Positions 48,999 to 59,042 of a DNA stretch of 64,000 bases are shown here, one piece after another. The stretch comes from Candidatus Woesebacteria bacterium (lineage in GTDB: Bacteria > Patescibacteriota > Microgenomatia > UBA8517). The DNA is taken from positions 471,315 through 535,314 of the forward strand of contig CP055307.1 of NCBI GenBank assembly GCA_013374835.1, read 5' to 3'. The position numbers and the translations under genes were made by a program. The number at the start of each line of letters is the position of its first letter. Position 1 is the stretch's first letter. The notes beneath the pieces are model-generated. The model saw only the letters and a list, made by a program, of their open reading frames with translations. It was not told where the DNA came from and did no database searches.

Positions 48999-49727
48999 AT
49001 GAGTGGGAATATTTCAGAACTTTCAGTATTTTTTCCTGCTTATAATGAAGAAACAAATATTAAAAAGACAGTGCTTAATGCGAAGAAGGTTCTTGAAAAC
49101 ATAGGCATATCGAGGTGGGAAATAATTGTAGTCAATGACGGTAGCAGTGATAAAACAGGTGAAATTGCTGTTAAATTAAGAAAAAAAGATAAGAGAATAA
49201 GGGTAATTAACCATTCTTCAAACCGTGGATATGGTGCGGCTCTAAAAAGCGGGCTTTATAATTCCAGATATAATTGGATCGCTTTTACTGATTCAGACGG
49301 ACAGTTTGATTTTTCGGAGATAAGTAATTTTCTTGGTAAGCAAAAGGAAACTGGTGCTGATATCGTAGTTGGCTATTATAAAAAAAGGCGGGTTAAAAAA
49401 AGCATTATTTTAACTTCAAAGATTTGGGAAGCTTTTATTTATGTCCTTTTTGGATTAAAAGTGCGGGATATTGATTGTGGGTTTAAGCTTTTGTCAAAAA
49501 ATGTAGTTAACAGGATTGATCATTTGGAGAGTGAAAGGGGTGCTTTTATTTCGAGCGAATTGCTTTTGAAGGCCAAAAATGCCGGGTTTAAAATAGTTGA
49601 GTTACCGGTTAATCATTATCCAAGAGCAGGTGGAGAGGCAACTGGTCGTAAGCTAAACGTTATAATCCAAAGTTTTATTGACTTGTTTAAGCTTCGGGTA
49701 AAATTGATTAGGGGCAGGAGCGTTTAA
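48999..49727 (+). CDS. GT2 glycosyltransferase
   Basis: PAYNEE, VNDGSSD, TDSDGQ, DCGFK. Confidence 0.92.
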   Translation: MSGNISELSVFFPAYNEETNIKKTVLNAKKVLENIGISRWEIIVVNDGSSDKTGEIAVKLRKKDKRIRVINHSSNRGYGAALKSGLYNSRYNWIAFTDSDGQFDFSEISNFLGKQKETGADIVVGYYKKRRVKKSIILTSKIWEAFIYVLFGLKVRDIDCGFKLLSKNVVNRIDHLESERGAFISSELLLKAKNAGFKIVELPVNHYPRAGGEATGRKLNVIIQSFIDLFKLRVKLIRGRSV

Positions 49728-51265
49728 TGAAAAAGATAAAAGATTTTTATAACCAAAACAAATTGGAATTTATTCTGCTTATTTTGATTTTGTTAATCGG
49801 TGCTTTTTTTCGGCTCTATCGCATAGGTGAATATATGACCTTTTTGGGAGATGAAGGCCGAGACGCGATTATTGTGAGAAGGCTTTTAACTGAGTTTGAT
49901 TTGATACTTATAGGTCCTGGCACTTCAATAGGTAATATGTATTTGGGACCTCTTTATTACTATTTAATTGCGCCATCTCTTTTTATCTTTAATTTTTCTC
50001 CTATTGGACCCTCCATTTTTATTGCTTTGATCGGAGTATTGACTATTTTTCTGGTTTGGTATGTGGGGCGGGATTGGTTTGGTGCAAGAGCCGGACTTAT
50101 TGCATCTTTTTTATACTCCATTTCTCCCACTGTGATTATTTATTCTCGGTCCTCTTGGAATCCAAATATTATGCCTTTTTTTTCTCTTTTTGGCGTTTAT
50201 TCGATTTGGAAAGTTTGGAAGGATAGAAGTTATTCTTGGCTTTTGGCGCTATCTGTTTCGGTTTCTTTTTGTCTTCAGTCGCATTATTTAGCTCTTCTCT
50301 TGGTTCCTTTTTTTGCAATAATTTGGTTTCTGGCGTTGTGGGAGACAAGGTGGGCTGGAGGGACGAGGCGATTGTTAATTTATAGTTTCTGGTCTTTTTT
50401 ACTTTTTCTGTTTTTGATGTCTCCTCTTTTAATTTTTGACATAAGGCATGGTTGGATTAACTTTAATGCGATGAAGACTTTTTTCAGCGTAAGGCAGACT
50501 ACTGTTTCGGCGAGGCCGTGGACTGCTATACCTAATATGCTTCCTATTTGGGAAGAGTTTGTTACCCGGATTTTAGCAGGTCGTAATGAGATTCTGGGGA
50601 GGTGGGTGTCACTTTCGTTTCTTGGTGTATTGCTTTGGATTGTCGGAAAAACAAAGCTTTCAATTCTTAGGCGTGAGTATTGGGCCTATTGCATAATAGC
50701 TATTTGGATTGGAATTTCCCTTGTGGGTTTTGGCGTATATAAGCAAGAAATTTATGACCATTATTACGGGATAATTTTCACGTCTCCTTTTCTTCTTGCC
50801 GGGGGTATGCTGGATCAGCTTATTGATAACCATAAAATAAGGGGGACTTGGATAACTGCTTTTGGTCTTTTGTTTTTAATTTATTTTAATTTAATAGAAA
50901 ATCCGTTAAGATATCCTCCCAATAGGCAGCTTCAGAGGACTGTTGAGGTTGCGAGAAGTATCGAAAAGGAGGCGGGCAACATGCCTTTTAATCTGGCTGT
51001 TATCGCAGAGAGAAATTATGAAGATGCCTATCAGTATTTTTTGGAGAAATGGGATAGCAGAGTGGTTGAAATAGATCCTTTAAATTCTCAAAAAACGATA
51101 ATGAATCAGCTTTTTGTGGTTTGTGAGATGCCTAGAGAAAAATGCGATCCTACTCATAACCCAAAAGCGGAAGTCGCTAATTTCGGCTGGAGTAGGATTG
51201 AAAAGTTTTGGGAAATAGGGGGAGTAACAATATTTAAGCTTGTCCATACAGAAGGAGGAGAATGA
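49727..51265 (+). CDS. ArnT-like GT-C glycosyltransferase
   Basis: FLGDEGRD, GPLYYY, WNPN. Confidence 0.85.
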   Translation: MKKIKDFYNQNKLEFILLILILLIGAFFRLYRIGEYMTFLGDEGRDAIIVRRLLTEFDLILIGPGTSIGNMYLGPLYYYLIAPSLFIFNFSPIGPSIFIALIGVLTIFLVWYVGRDWFGARAGLIASFLYSISPTVIIYSRSSWNPNIMPFFSLFGVYSIWKVWKDRSYSWLLALSVSVSFCLQSHYLALLLVPFFAIIWFLALWETRWAGGTRRLLIYSFWSFLLFLFLMSPLLIFDIRHGWINFNAMKTFFSVRQTTVSARPWTAIPNMLPIWEEFVTRILAGRNEILGRWVSLSFLGVLLWIVGKTKLSILRREYWAYCIIAIWIGISLVGFGVYKQEIYDHYYGIIFTSPFLLAGGMLDQLIDNHKIRGTWITAFGLLFLIYFNLIENPLRYPPNRQLQRTVEVARSIEKEAGNMPFNLAVIAERNYEDAYQYFLEKWDSRVVEIDPLNSQKTIMNQLFVVCEMPREKCDPTHNPKAEVANFGWSRIEKFWEIGGVTIFKLVHTEGGE

Positions 51266-52272
51266 ATTATCCCGAAAGCTTAGAGATATTAAAAAGGATT
51301 AAGGGGGCGAGGAGTATTTTACTTAATTGTCATCATAATCCAGATGCTGATAGTGTGGGGAGTTCGTTGGGTCTTGCTTATGGACTTATTGAAATGGGGA
51401 AGAGTATCAAAGTAATTTGTCCAAGCAGTGTTCCCAAAAGGTTTGATTTTCTTACTAAAAAAATGCCTATAGATGTTGTTGATTTCTCAAGTTTTGATTA
51501 CTCTTGCTATGATTTGTTTATTACTCTTGATTCATCAAGCTGGAATAGAGTCAGTGGCGGCACGGGTATAAAAAAAGCAGATATTTTTATGATTTGTATA
51601 GATCACCATAAGACTAACCAAAAGTATGCAGATATCAATCTGGTGGCTCCGGATATTTCCTCGACAAGCGAGCTTTTGTACCAATTATACCTAGATTGGG
51701 GTATAGATATTTTTAAACTTGAAAATGCGCGGGAAATTGCAACGTGCCTTTTTACAGGGATACTTGGCGATACAGGAGGCCTTCGCTACGCAGAAGCTAA
51801 CGAGAAAACTTATGAAATAGCTTCTACTTTGATGAAAGTAGCTTCTAAGGACGAGATTGTTTTTAATCTTTTTCAAAGATATGAACTTAACACTATTTAT
51901 TATTGGGCTTATATTCTTTCCAAAATACGGTTTAATGAGAAGGGAAAATTTGTTTATGCCTTTATTAATAAAGAGGAGTATCAAAAATATGGGAAAATTG
52001 AGGGTGCAAAAGGTGAGCTTGCCGATATTTTTTTCTCAAGTATTGAGGGATCTGAATTTGGTTTAATTGTCGTTGAGGAGGGCGAGGGAAATGTGGTTTT
52101 GAGTTTGAGATCAAGAAGTGGATTTGATGTATCTGAAATTGCCTCACGTCTTGGAGGAGGGGGGCATCGTTGGGCCGCGGCCGGCAGAATTGTGGGCATG
52201 AGTTTTGAAGAGTCAAAAACAAAAATTTTTAATACTATTTACGAAATTTATGGTAAATATCAAAAAAAATAA
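51262..52272 (+). CDS. DHH/DHHA1 phosphoesterase (NrnA-like)
   Basis: H.NPD.D, IDHH, DTG, SLRS, GGGH..AAA. Confidence 0.92.
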   Translation: MNYPESLEILKRIKGARSILLNCHHNPDADSVGSSLGLAYGLIEMGKSIKVICPSSVPKRFDFLTKKMPIDVVDFSSFDYSCYDLFITLDSSSWNRVSGGTGIKKADIFMICIDHHKTNQKYADINLVAPDISSTSELLYQLYLDWGIDIFKLENAREIATCLFTGILGDTGGLRYAEANEKTYEIASTLMKVASKDEIVFNLFQRYELNTIYYWAYILSKIRFNEKGKFVYAFINKEEYQKYGKIEGAKGELADIFFSSIEGSEFGLIVVEEGEGNVVLSLRSRSGFDVSEIASRLGGGGHRWAAAGRIVGMSFEESKTKIFNTIYEIYGKYQKK

Positions 52273-53764
52273 TCTTAGCGCGTTTTTAGTTTTTTTTATA
52301 TTAATTGTTGGTTTTTTTTTGAGGATCTACAGAGTAAGCGATGTGCTTGGTTTTTATTACGACCAAGGGCGTGATGCTTTGGTTATCTGGGATTTCTTAT
52401 ATGAAGGCAAGCTTTTTTTAATAGGACCTACGACAGGGATTGCGGGGATATTTAGAGGACCGTTTTATTATTATTTGATTGCACCTTTTTATTTTCTGGG
52501 CGGAGGAGATCCGATATGGCCTGCAATTTTTTTGGCGTTGCTTTCTGTTGCTTCCTTTTTGATTCTTTTTTATTTAGCTTCTCTTTCTCAAGGTAAGACG
52601 ACTGGAATTTTTGCCATATTGATTGCATCCTTTTCTTTTTATATAGTTATGGCTTCAAGATGGCTTTCTAATCCTACGCCCATGCTTTTTTTGAGCATGT
52701 GTTTGGTGTGGCTAATGTATTTGATTATTATGGGACGGAGTAAAGCGTGGGTCGGAGTTGCCTTTGTTTTGGGATTATCCCTTTTTCATTTTGGCTCAAG
52801 TGGGGAAGTTTTTTATTTTCCTGCCGTTGGACTTTTTGCTATTTGGCAGAGGAAAAAATTCCCTGATATGAAAATTTTTTTGATCTCTTTTTTTGCTTTT
52901 TTTGCGTCTTTTGCACCTTTGATTTTATTTGATATAAAGCACGACGGAATTTTGAGAAACAATATTTATAAATTTTTTGTAGAAGAGAAAAGTTTTCGAG
53001 GGCTAACAAGGTATATTTTTGAGACGAGAAGTAGGTTTTTGTTTGATGCTTTTTTTAATAAAATTTTTCATTGGAGGAGAGATTATGAGAATTTATCCAT
53101 AGTAGTAATAATTTTATATTTTTTTCTCAATCTTAAAGATTTTTGGAAGAATCTGATGCTGCGAATCTGTATAATTTTGCTCTCCTTTGCTGTTGTTGGA
53201 TTTTACTTTTTTCAGGGAAATTATGGAAACGTGTATGATTATTATTTAACCGGATACTATTTGATTTTTATATTACTTTTTTCTTTTGTGATTGGGCATA
53301 TTTGGGAAAAAAGCATTCCCGGTAAGGCTTTTGTTTTGGTATTCTTTTATTTGTTTTTTGTGAATAACGTGCCTGTTATATGGTCTAAGATTAATGATCA
53401 AGTTGACGGACCACAAAGTGTTGCTTTAAAAAATGAGATGCGGGCCGTGTCTTGGGTTTATAAAGACTCGGCATTAAGAAATGATGGAAAATTTAATTTA
53501 GATGTCTATGTGCCTCCGGTAATACCGTATGCATATGATTATTTATTTAGGTGGTGTCCGAAATCAAGCCGGTGTGTAGGGGATGATAGAATTGGAGTTC
53601 TAATTAAGGAGCGTACAAACTTGCTCTACACCATTTATGAGGTTGATCCTCCTCATCCCGAGAGACTTGAGGCTTGGCTTGAAAGGCAGGAATCGGTGGG
53701 TGTGGTAGAGGAAGAGGTGAGATTTGGAGGTATAACAGTTCAAAGGCGTACTCGTTACAATTAA
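52250..53764 (+). CDS. ArnT-like GT-C glycosyltransferase
   Basis: FYYDQGRD, GPFYYY, SNPT. Confidence 0.85.
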   Translation: MVNIKKNNLSAFLVFFILIVGFFLRIYRVSDVLGFYYDQGRDALVIWDFLYEGKLFLIGPTTGIAGIFRGPFYYYLIAPFYFLGGGDPIWPAIFLALLSVASFLILFYLASLSQGKTTGIFAILIASFSFYIVMASRWLSNPTPMLFLSMCLVWLMYLIIMGRSKAWVGVAFVLGLSLFHFGSSGEVFYFPAVGLFAIWQRKKFPDMKIFLISFFAFFASFAPLILFDIKHDGILRNNIYKFFVEEKSFRGLTRYIFETRSRFLFDAFFNKIFHWRRDYENLSIVVIILYFFLNLKDFWKNLMLRICIILLSFAVVGFYFFQGNYGNVYDYYLTGYYLIFILLFSFVIGHIWEKSIPGKAFVLVFFYLFFVNNVPVIWSKINDQVDGPQSVALKNEMRAVSWVYKDSALRNDGKFNLDVYVPPVIPYAYDYLFRWCPKSSRCVGDDRIGVLIKERTNLLYTIYEVDPPHPERLEAWLERQESVGVVEEEVRFGGITVQRRTRYN

Positions 53765-53765
53765 A

Positions 53766-55253
53766 ATGTATAAATACAAAATTCAAAACACTAAAAATAT
53801 TTTTTTGATTATTATTTTGTTTTTTGGTTTAATGCTTCGTTTTTTTCGGGCGGAGGAACTTTTTATGTACGGGCATGACCAGGATTTGGCATCCTGGATT
53901 ATTATGGATGTTTTGAATAATAAACATATAAGACTTATCGGGCAAGAGACATCCGTCCAGGGAATATTTATTGGTCCCCTGTTTTATTATCTACTTATTC
54001 CTTTTTATATCATTTTTGGTATGGATCCATTTGGAGGGGTTTTTTTAGTTTCTTTTTTATCTTTTTTGGGAATTTTAAGCATTTACTACGTTTTTTCAAG
54101 AATTGCAGGACGAGGGTCGGGGATTTTGGGCGCTTTGATTTACGCTTTTTCGAATTATATAATCCTGGCAGACCGTGAGGTCGTGCCTACTATGCCTGTT
54201 TTTTTATGGAGTAGCTGGTATTTGTATTCTTTGTGGCTTTTATATAAGAGCAATTACAAACTAGGCTTGCTTCTGCTCGGTGTTTTGATTGGATTGGTTT
54301 GGCACATAAATTTAGGTCTTTTTGTGCTGTTGCCTCTGCCTATTTTTTCTTATTTTTTTAGTCCTAGAAGAAAAAGAATTAATATTATTGATCTGGTTGG
54401 TTTTTTTTCAGGTTTTGCCGTTTTAATGTCCCCCTATTTTGTTTTTGAAATAAGGCACGGCTTTATTCAGACAAAGGTTCTTATAGCTTCGCTTATTTCC
54501 AAGAATTCTTCAAATTTTATTGCCAAGCTTGATCGAGTATTATTGCTAGTTTATACAAACGCCTCTCGTCTTATATCAGGAGATTTAAACTTTATTCATC
54601 CTAGATATTATTTTTTTGCCATATGTTTAATTTTAGTTTATTTGTTTGTAAAAAAAGTTTTTTCAAGGAGGTTTTTATCAATTATTATTATGTGGCAAGT
54701 TCTGTATATTGCCTTTTTTTCTTTGAATTCAATTATAGTATCTGAATATTATCTTAATGGTATGATCGTTCCTTGGATATTTATCCTTTCTGTTTTTGTT
54801 TCTTATTTGGTGGAAAAAAGAGGATTAGTTGCTTTATTTGTTTATTTAGCGGTTTTATTGTTTATAACAATCAACTTTTATAAGTTTTTTAGTATTGATT
54901 TGAATAGGAGTGGATATTTATACAAAAAAGCTCTAGTTTCTTTTATAAGGAAGGATTCTAAAAGCCATAGTTACCCATGTATTTCAGTTTCTTATATAAC
55001 AAAGCCGGGCTATGAGCTAGGGTATCGCTATTTATTTGTTTTGGAAAATATGCATGTTAATCGGCCTGAGTCAGGGGCTCCGGTTTATACCATAGTTTTT
55101 CCACACAACATGGTATCCCGGATTGATATGAGTTTCGGGGCCTTGGGGTTGGTCCTTCCCGATTACGATAAATACAAAAAGAGTGATGTGCTCAAGAGCT
55201 GTTCGGGTGCGAATTCCAATTTGACGGATCCTATGTTTGGATTTACTAATTAA
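53766..55253 (+). CDS. ArnT-like GT-C glycosyltransferase
   Basis: YGHDQD, GPLFYY; paralog of the neighbouring genes. Confidence 0.85.
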   Translation: MYKYKIQNTKNIFLIIILFFGLMLRFFRAEELFMYGHDQDLASWIIMDVLNNKHIRLIGQETSVQGIFIGPLFYYLLIPFYIIFGMDPFGGVFLVSFLSFLGILSIYYVFSRIAGRGSGILGALIYAFSNYIILADREVVPTMPVFLWSSWYLYSLWLLYKSNYKLGLLLLGVLIGLVWHINLGLFVLLPLPIFSYFFSPRRKRINIIDLVGFFSGFAVLMSPYFVFEIRHGFIQTKVLIASLISKNSSNFIAKLDRVLLLVYTNASRLISGDLNFIHPRYYFFAICLILVYLFVKKVFSRRFLSIIIMWQVLYIAFFSLNSIIVSEYYLNGMIVPWIFILSVFVSYLVEKRGLVALFVYLAVLLFITINFYKFFSIDLNRSGYLYKKALVSFIRKDSKSHSYPCISVSYITKPGYELGYRYLFVLENMHVNRPESGAPVYTIVFPHNMVSRIDMSFGALGLVLPDYDKYKKSDVLKSCSGANSNLTDPMFGFTN

Positions 55254-55283
55254 ACAATTATGATATATAGTGACTAGTACTTA

Positions 55284-56045
55284 ATGATGAAAAATATTTA
55301 TTTATCCGTTGTTATCCCGGCTTACAATGAGTCGAAGAATATAAAAAACGGCGTGTTATCTCAAGTTTATAAATATCTTTCAAAGCAGACTTATCCTTGG
55401 GAGGTTTTGATTGTTGATGACGCTTCGAGTGATGATACGGTTTTTTTGGTTGAGAAATTTATTAAAGATAAAAAGGGCTTTAGGCTTTTACGAGAGCCGC
55501 ACCGTGGCAAGGGTGGTACTGTAATCGCCGGCGTTTTAGCCTCAAGGGGTGAGTATGTTCTTTTTACAGATATGGATCAGGCAACTCCTTTGTCCGAGGT
55601 CGAAAAATTTTTCCCAAAATTTAGTAAAGGATATGATGTAGTTATCGGATCCAGGAAAGGGAGAGAAGGGGCGCCTTTTGTTAGAAAGATGATGGCCTAT
55701 GGATTTCAAATATTAAGAACGGTTGTTTTGAAATTGCCTTATAAAGATACGCAGTGCGGTTTTAAGGCTTTTAGAAAGGATGCTGCCTGCCGGATATTTG
55801 AAAGAATGCGGGTGTTTAGAAAAGGAAGCAGCCTAAAAGGTGCTTCGGTAACTGCGGGGTTTGATCTTGAGATGCTTTATATAGCCAGAAAAATTGGACT
55901 TCAGGTTGCCGAAGTAGCTGTTAATTGGAAACATAAGGAATCCAAAAGGGTGAATCCGATTAAGGATTCATTTGAGGGTTTTAGGGATCTTTTAAGGGTA
56001 AGAATGAATGCTTTTTTGGGTAAATATAAGGATTATTTGGATTAA
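55284..56045 (+). CDS. GT2 (Alg5/dolichyl-phosphate glucosyltransferase-like)
   Basis: IPAYNE, VDDASSD, GKG, DTQCGFK, FD.E. Confidence 0.9.
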   Translation: MMKNIYLSVVIPAYNESKNIKNGVLSQVYKYLSKQTYPWEVLIVDDASSDDTVFLVEKFIKDKKGFRLLREPHRGKGGTVIAGVLASRGEYVLFTDMDQATPLSEVEKFFPKFSKGYDVVIGSRKGREGAPFVRKMMAYGFQILRTVVLKLPYKDTQCGFKAFRKDAACRIFERMRVFRKGSSLKGASVTAGFDLEMLYIARKIGLQVAEVAVNWKHKESKRVNPIKDSFEGFRDLLRVRMNAFLGKYKDYLD

Positions 56046-56259
56046 AATGGCGAGACTTACTTATCAACAGCTGATTGATAAGCATATAAAGATTCTTAAT
56101 AGTTTGCGGACAAAATTAGGTTTTTTGGCTTCGAAGTGATGACACTGTCTGAATTGGTTCAAAAAAGAGCGGTATTAAAAGATGAATGAAAGAACTAAGG
56201 GGCTTAAAAAGTCTTCTTTGTGAGAAAATTTTTTTGGTTTGCGCTACAATTTATAGTAT

Positions 56260-57792
56260 ATGAGATTCTTGAGAATGCATTTTTTCTCCTTTTTTTGTTT
56301 TTTAGTAATTATTTTTTCTGGATTTATTTTGCGGCTTATTAATCTTACTTTATTGCCTGTTTTTGCAGATGAGGCGATTTATATTAGGTGGTCACAAGTA
56401 ATGTCTGCTGAGCCTACTTTGCGGTTTTTACCGCTTTCAGACGGAAAACAGCCTCTTTTTATGTGGGTTTTAATGTTTTTAGTTAATAGAATTTCAGATC
56501 CTTTATTTGCTGGTAGAATAATTTCCGTTTTTTCAGGTATTGCAAGCTTAGTTGGAATATGTTTGATAAGTTATGTTTTGTTTAGATCCAAAGCGGTTTC
56601 TTTGGCGTCTGGCTTGCTCGTTTCAGTGTCCCCTTATTTTGTTTTTTTTGACAGAATGGCTCTGGTTGATTCGATGCTTACAATGTGGTTTATCTGGACT
56701 TTTGTGTTTGGCATATTAACCGTTAAAACACGAAGGCTTGATATGGCAATATTTAGTGGGTTTTGTCTCGGTTTTGCTTCGTTGACAAAATCGTCGGCGA
56801 TTTTTGCAGCTTTATTGTTGCCAAGTACGCTGATACTTGGTAGTTATTCAAAAAAGAGAAAGATCATGTTTTATGAATTTTTATACATTATGTTTTTGCT
56901 CGCCTTTTCTTATTTGGTTGCAGTTTCTATGTATAATATCCAGCGGTTGGGTCCAAATTTTCATCTTCTTTCTTCAAGGACAGCTGATTATGTTTTTCCG
57001 ATAAGTCATTTGTGGGAAAATCCCTTAGATCCTTTTAAGCCTCATATTTATCAGTCTTTTGAGTGGATTTTCATGATGGGGCCGTGGGGTATGTTTTTAC
57101 TTACCGCATATAGCCTTTTATTTATTAATAGAAAAAATTCAAGAGAAAAAGTATTTCTTCTTTTTTGGTTTTTAATACCTTTAATTATCCAGGCAATGTA
57201 TGCAAAAGTTTTTACGGCTCGATATTTGCTTTTTGTAATTCCACCTTTTTTTGTATTAGGGGGAAGCGCATTTTTGGATTTTAATAAGAAAAGTTTGCTG
57301 CCCAAAACTTTGATTGGGGTGATGCTGTTTTTTTTGTTTCAGGCTTTGAGTTTTGATTACAAGCTTTTAACCAATCCTTCAGTTGCTAATCTACCAAGAA
57401 GCGAGAGGTCCGGATATCTTGAGGAATGGACGGCAGGTACCGGGATTAAGGATGTCGCGGAATATATAAAAAAAGTAAGCACAGAAAACCCTGATGTCCA
57501 GATTGTAGTAGGAACAGAAGGGTATTTTGGAACGCTTCCTGATGGATTATTGATGTACCTTCAGGGTACCCCCAGAGTCGTTACGATCGGGGTTGGGCTA
57601 AATATTAAGGAAGTACCAGAGCCTTTGGTTGAATCCCGTGCTTTCGGGAATAAAACTTATCTGGTGGTTAATGACTCGAGGCTTAAAATTATTGATCCCG
57701 AGTCTCATGGATTAAAGCTTATCGAAAGTTTTGAAAAAGCCCAAAAGCCCGATGGCGGGCAAGAACGTTTGCTGTTTTTTGAGCTGATATGA
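56260..57792 (+). CDS. ArnT/PMT-like GT-C glycosyltransferase
   Basis: PVFADEAIY, GKQPL, DRMALVD. Confidence 0.85.
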   Translation: MRFLRMHFFSFFCFLVIIFSGFILRLINLTLLPVFADEAIYIRWSQVMSAEPTLRFLPLSDGKQPLFMWVLMFLVNRISDPLFAGRIISVFSGIASLVGICLISYVLFRSKAVSLASGLLVSVSPYFVFFDRMALVDSMLTMWFIWTFVFGILTVKTRRLDMAIFSGFCLGFASLTKSSAIFAALLLPSTLILGSYSKKRKIMFYEFLYIMFLLAFSYLVAVSMYNIQRLGPNFHLLSSRTADYVFPISHLWENPLDPFKPHIYQSFEWIFMMGPWGMFLLTAYSLLFINRKNSREKVFLLFWFLIPLIIQAMYAKVFTARYLLFVIPPFFVLGGSAFLDFNKKSLLPKTLIGVMLFFLFQALSFDYKLLTNPSVANLPRSERSGYLEEWTAGTGIKDVAEYIKKVSTENPDVQIVVGTEGYFGTLPDGLLMYLQGTPRVVTIGVGLNIKEVPEPLVESRAFGNKTYLVVNDSRLKIIDPESHGLKLIESFEKAQKPDGGQERLLFFELI

Positions 57793-59042
57793 GATTTTTA
57801 AAAGAAAACTGGTTCAAATGGCTTCTGATTGGTTTAGCCTTAAGGCTTGTTTTAATGCCGATTACGGCTCATCCTGATCTTTGGGGGCATTCATTTACTG
57901 CTTATTTTTTTACAAATTTTAAGGTACTTAATCCTTATGAGCATTTAATGTCTTTGTCTTCGGACCATCCTTTGGTAGTAAACTTTGGTGTTTCGGATAT
58001 TTTTATTTATCCTCCTTTAACATATTTTACTTTGGGAATTTTTAGATTTTTGGTAAGCCCGTTATTGGATAGCCAATTTGTACCATGGCTTATGGAAAAT
58101 GTGGGGGAGTATTATTTGTATCACGGCGTGCATTGGCAGGTTTTTTGGTTTAAGTTTCCATATTTAATAGTAGATTTTTTAGCTGCGTTTTATTTTTGTC
58201 GATTGTTTGACAATAAAAAGAGCCGAGAACAGGCATTTATTTTGTGGATGATTAATCCTTTGACGATTTATTCTACTTTTATGATGGGGCAAATTGATAT
58301 TTTACCTACTTTTTTTGTGATTATCGCACTTTTTTTTGCGAAAAGGAAAAAATACGCCGAGTCTCTTTTGGCTCTTGGAGTTGGTGGTTCTTATAAAATG
58401 TTTCCGCTCTTATTGGTTCCTCTTTTTGCTTTTTTGTTCGGAAAAAGCTTTTGGGAAAGATGTAAATATTTGTTTTACGGATTCCTTCCTTTTGCGGCTT
58501 TTAGCATACCTTATGTCGGATCGAGGGCCTTTCGGCAGATGGTGCTTTTTACGCCCAAAAGCCAGAAGATGCTTTTTATGAGGTTTAACGTTTCGGGAGC
58601 AGAGGCTGTTTTGCCATTTGTTTTTCTCTTGTTTGTAATCTATTTTTATTCTTATTATCAGGCAAGGCGAAATATGCTCGTGCCTTTGTCAACAACGATT
58701 ACTCTTTTAATTTTCAGTTTAACTCATTATCATCCTCAGTGGTTTTTATGGGCAACTCCCTTTTTGTTTTGGGTGTTAGTTAAAGAAAATTTTCGGCCTT
58801 GGTTATTGGTCGCAACGCTTTTTGTTTGCTGGACGGTTCTTTTATTCTTTTTTGAACCGTCTTTGTCTTGGGGTCTTTTTGGAATTCTGGACCCATCACT
58901 ATTAAAAACCGCTTCTTTGGCTGATATCTTGGTAAAATATGTGGATGTATTTCAGTTTAAAAGTATAGTAAGGAGCGTGTTTGCCGGTGCTTCTTTATAT
59001 TTATCTTTTTCTATGATTAAAAATGAGAAAGAAAAAAAATAA
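57789..59042 (+). CDS. GT87/PIG-M-like membrane glycosyltransferase
   Basis: HPD, F.YPPL, NP, GQID, K.FP, PQW. Confidence 0.75.
   Translation: MRFLKENWFKWLLIGLALRLVLMPITAHPDLWGHSFTAYFFTNFKVLNPYEHLMSLSSDHPLVVNFGVSDIFIYPPLTYFTLGIFRFLVSPLLDSQFVPWLMENVGEYYLYHGVHWQVFWFKFPYLIVDFLAAFYFCRLFDNKKSREQAFILWMINPLTIYSTFMMGQIDILPTFFVIIALFFAKRKKYAESLLALGVGGSYKMFPLLLVPLFAFLFGKSFWERCKYLFYGFLPFAAFSIPYVGSRAFRQMVLFTPKSQKMLFMRFNVSGAEAVLPFVFLLFVIYFYSYYQARRNMLVPLSTTITLLIFSLTHYHPQWFLWATPFLFWVLVKENFRPWLLVATLFVCWTVLLFFFEPSLSWGLFGILDPSLLKTASLADILVKYVDVFQFKSIVRSVFAGASLYLSFSMIKNEKEKK

Noticed and set aside
56047-56189. Short ORF fragments between the GT2 and GT-C genes
   Set aside because: A 30-aa ORF plus an out-of-frame tail with no recognisable motif; possibly a remnant but unsupported.
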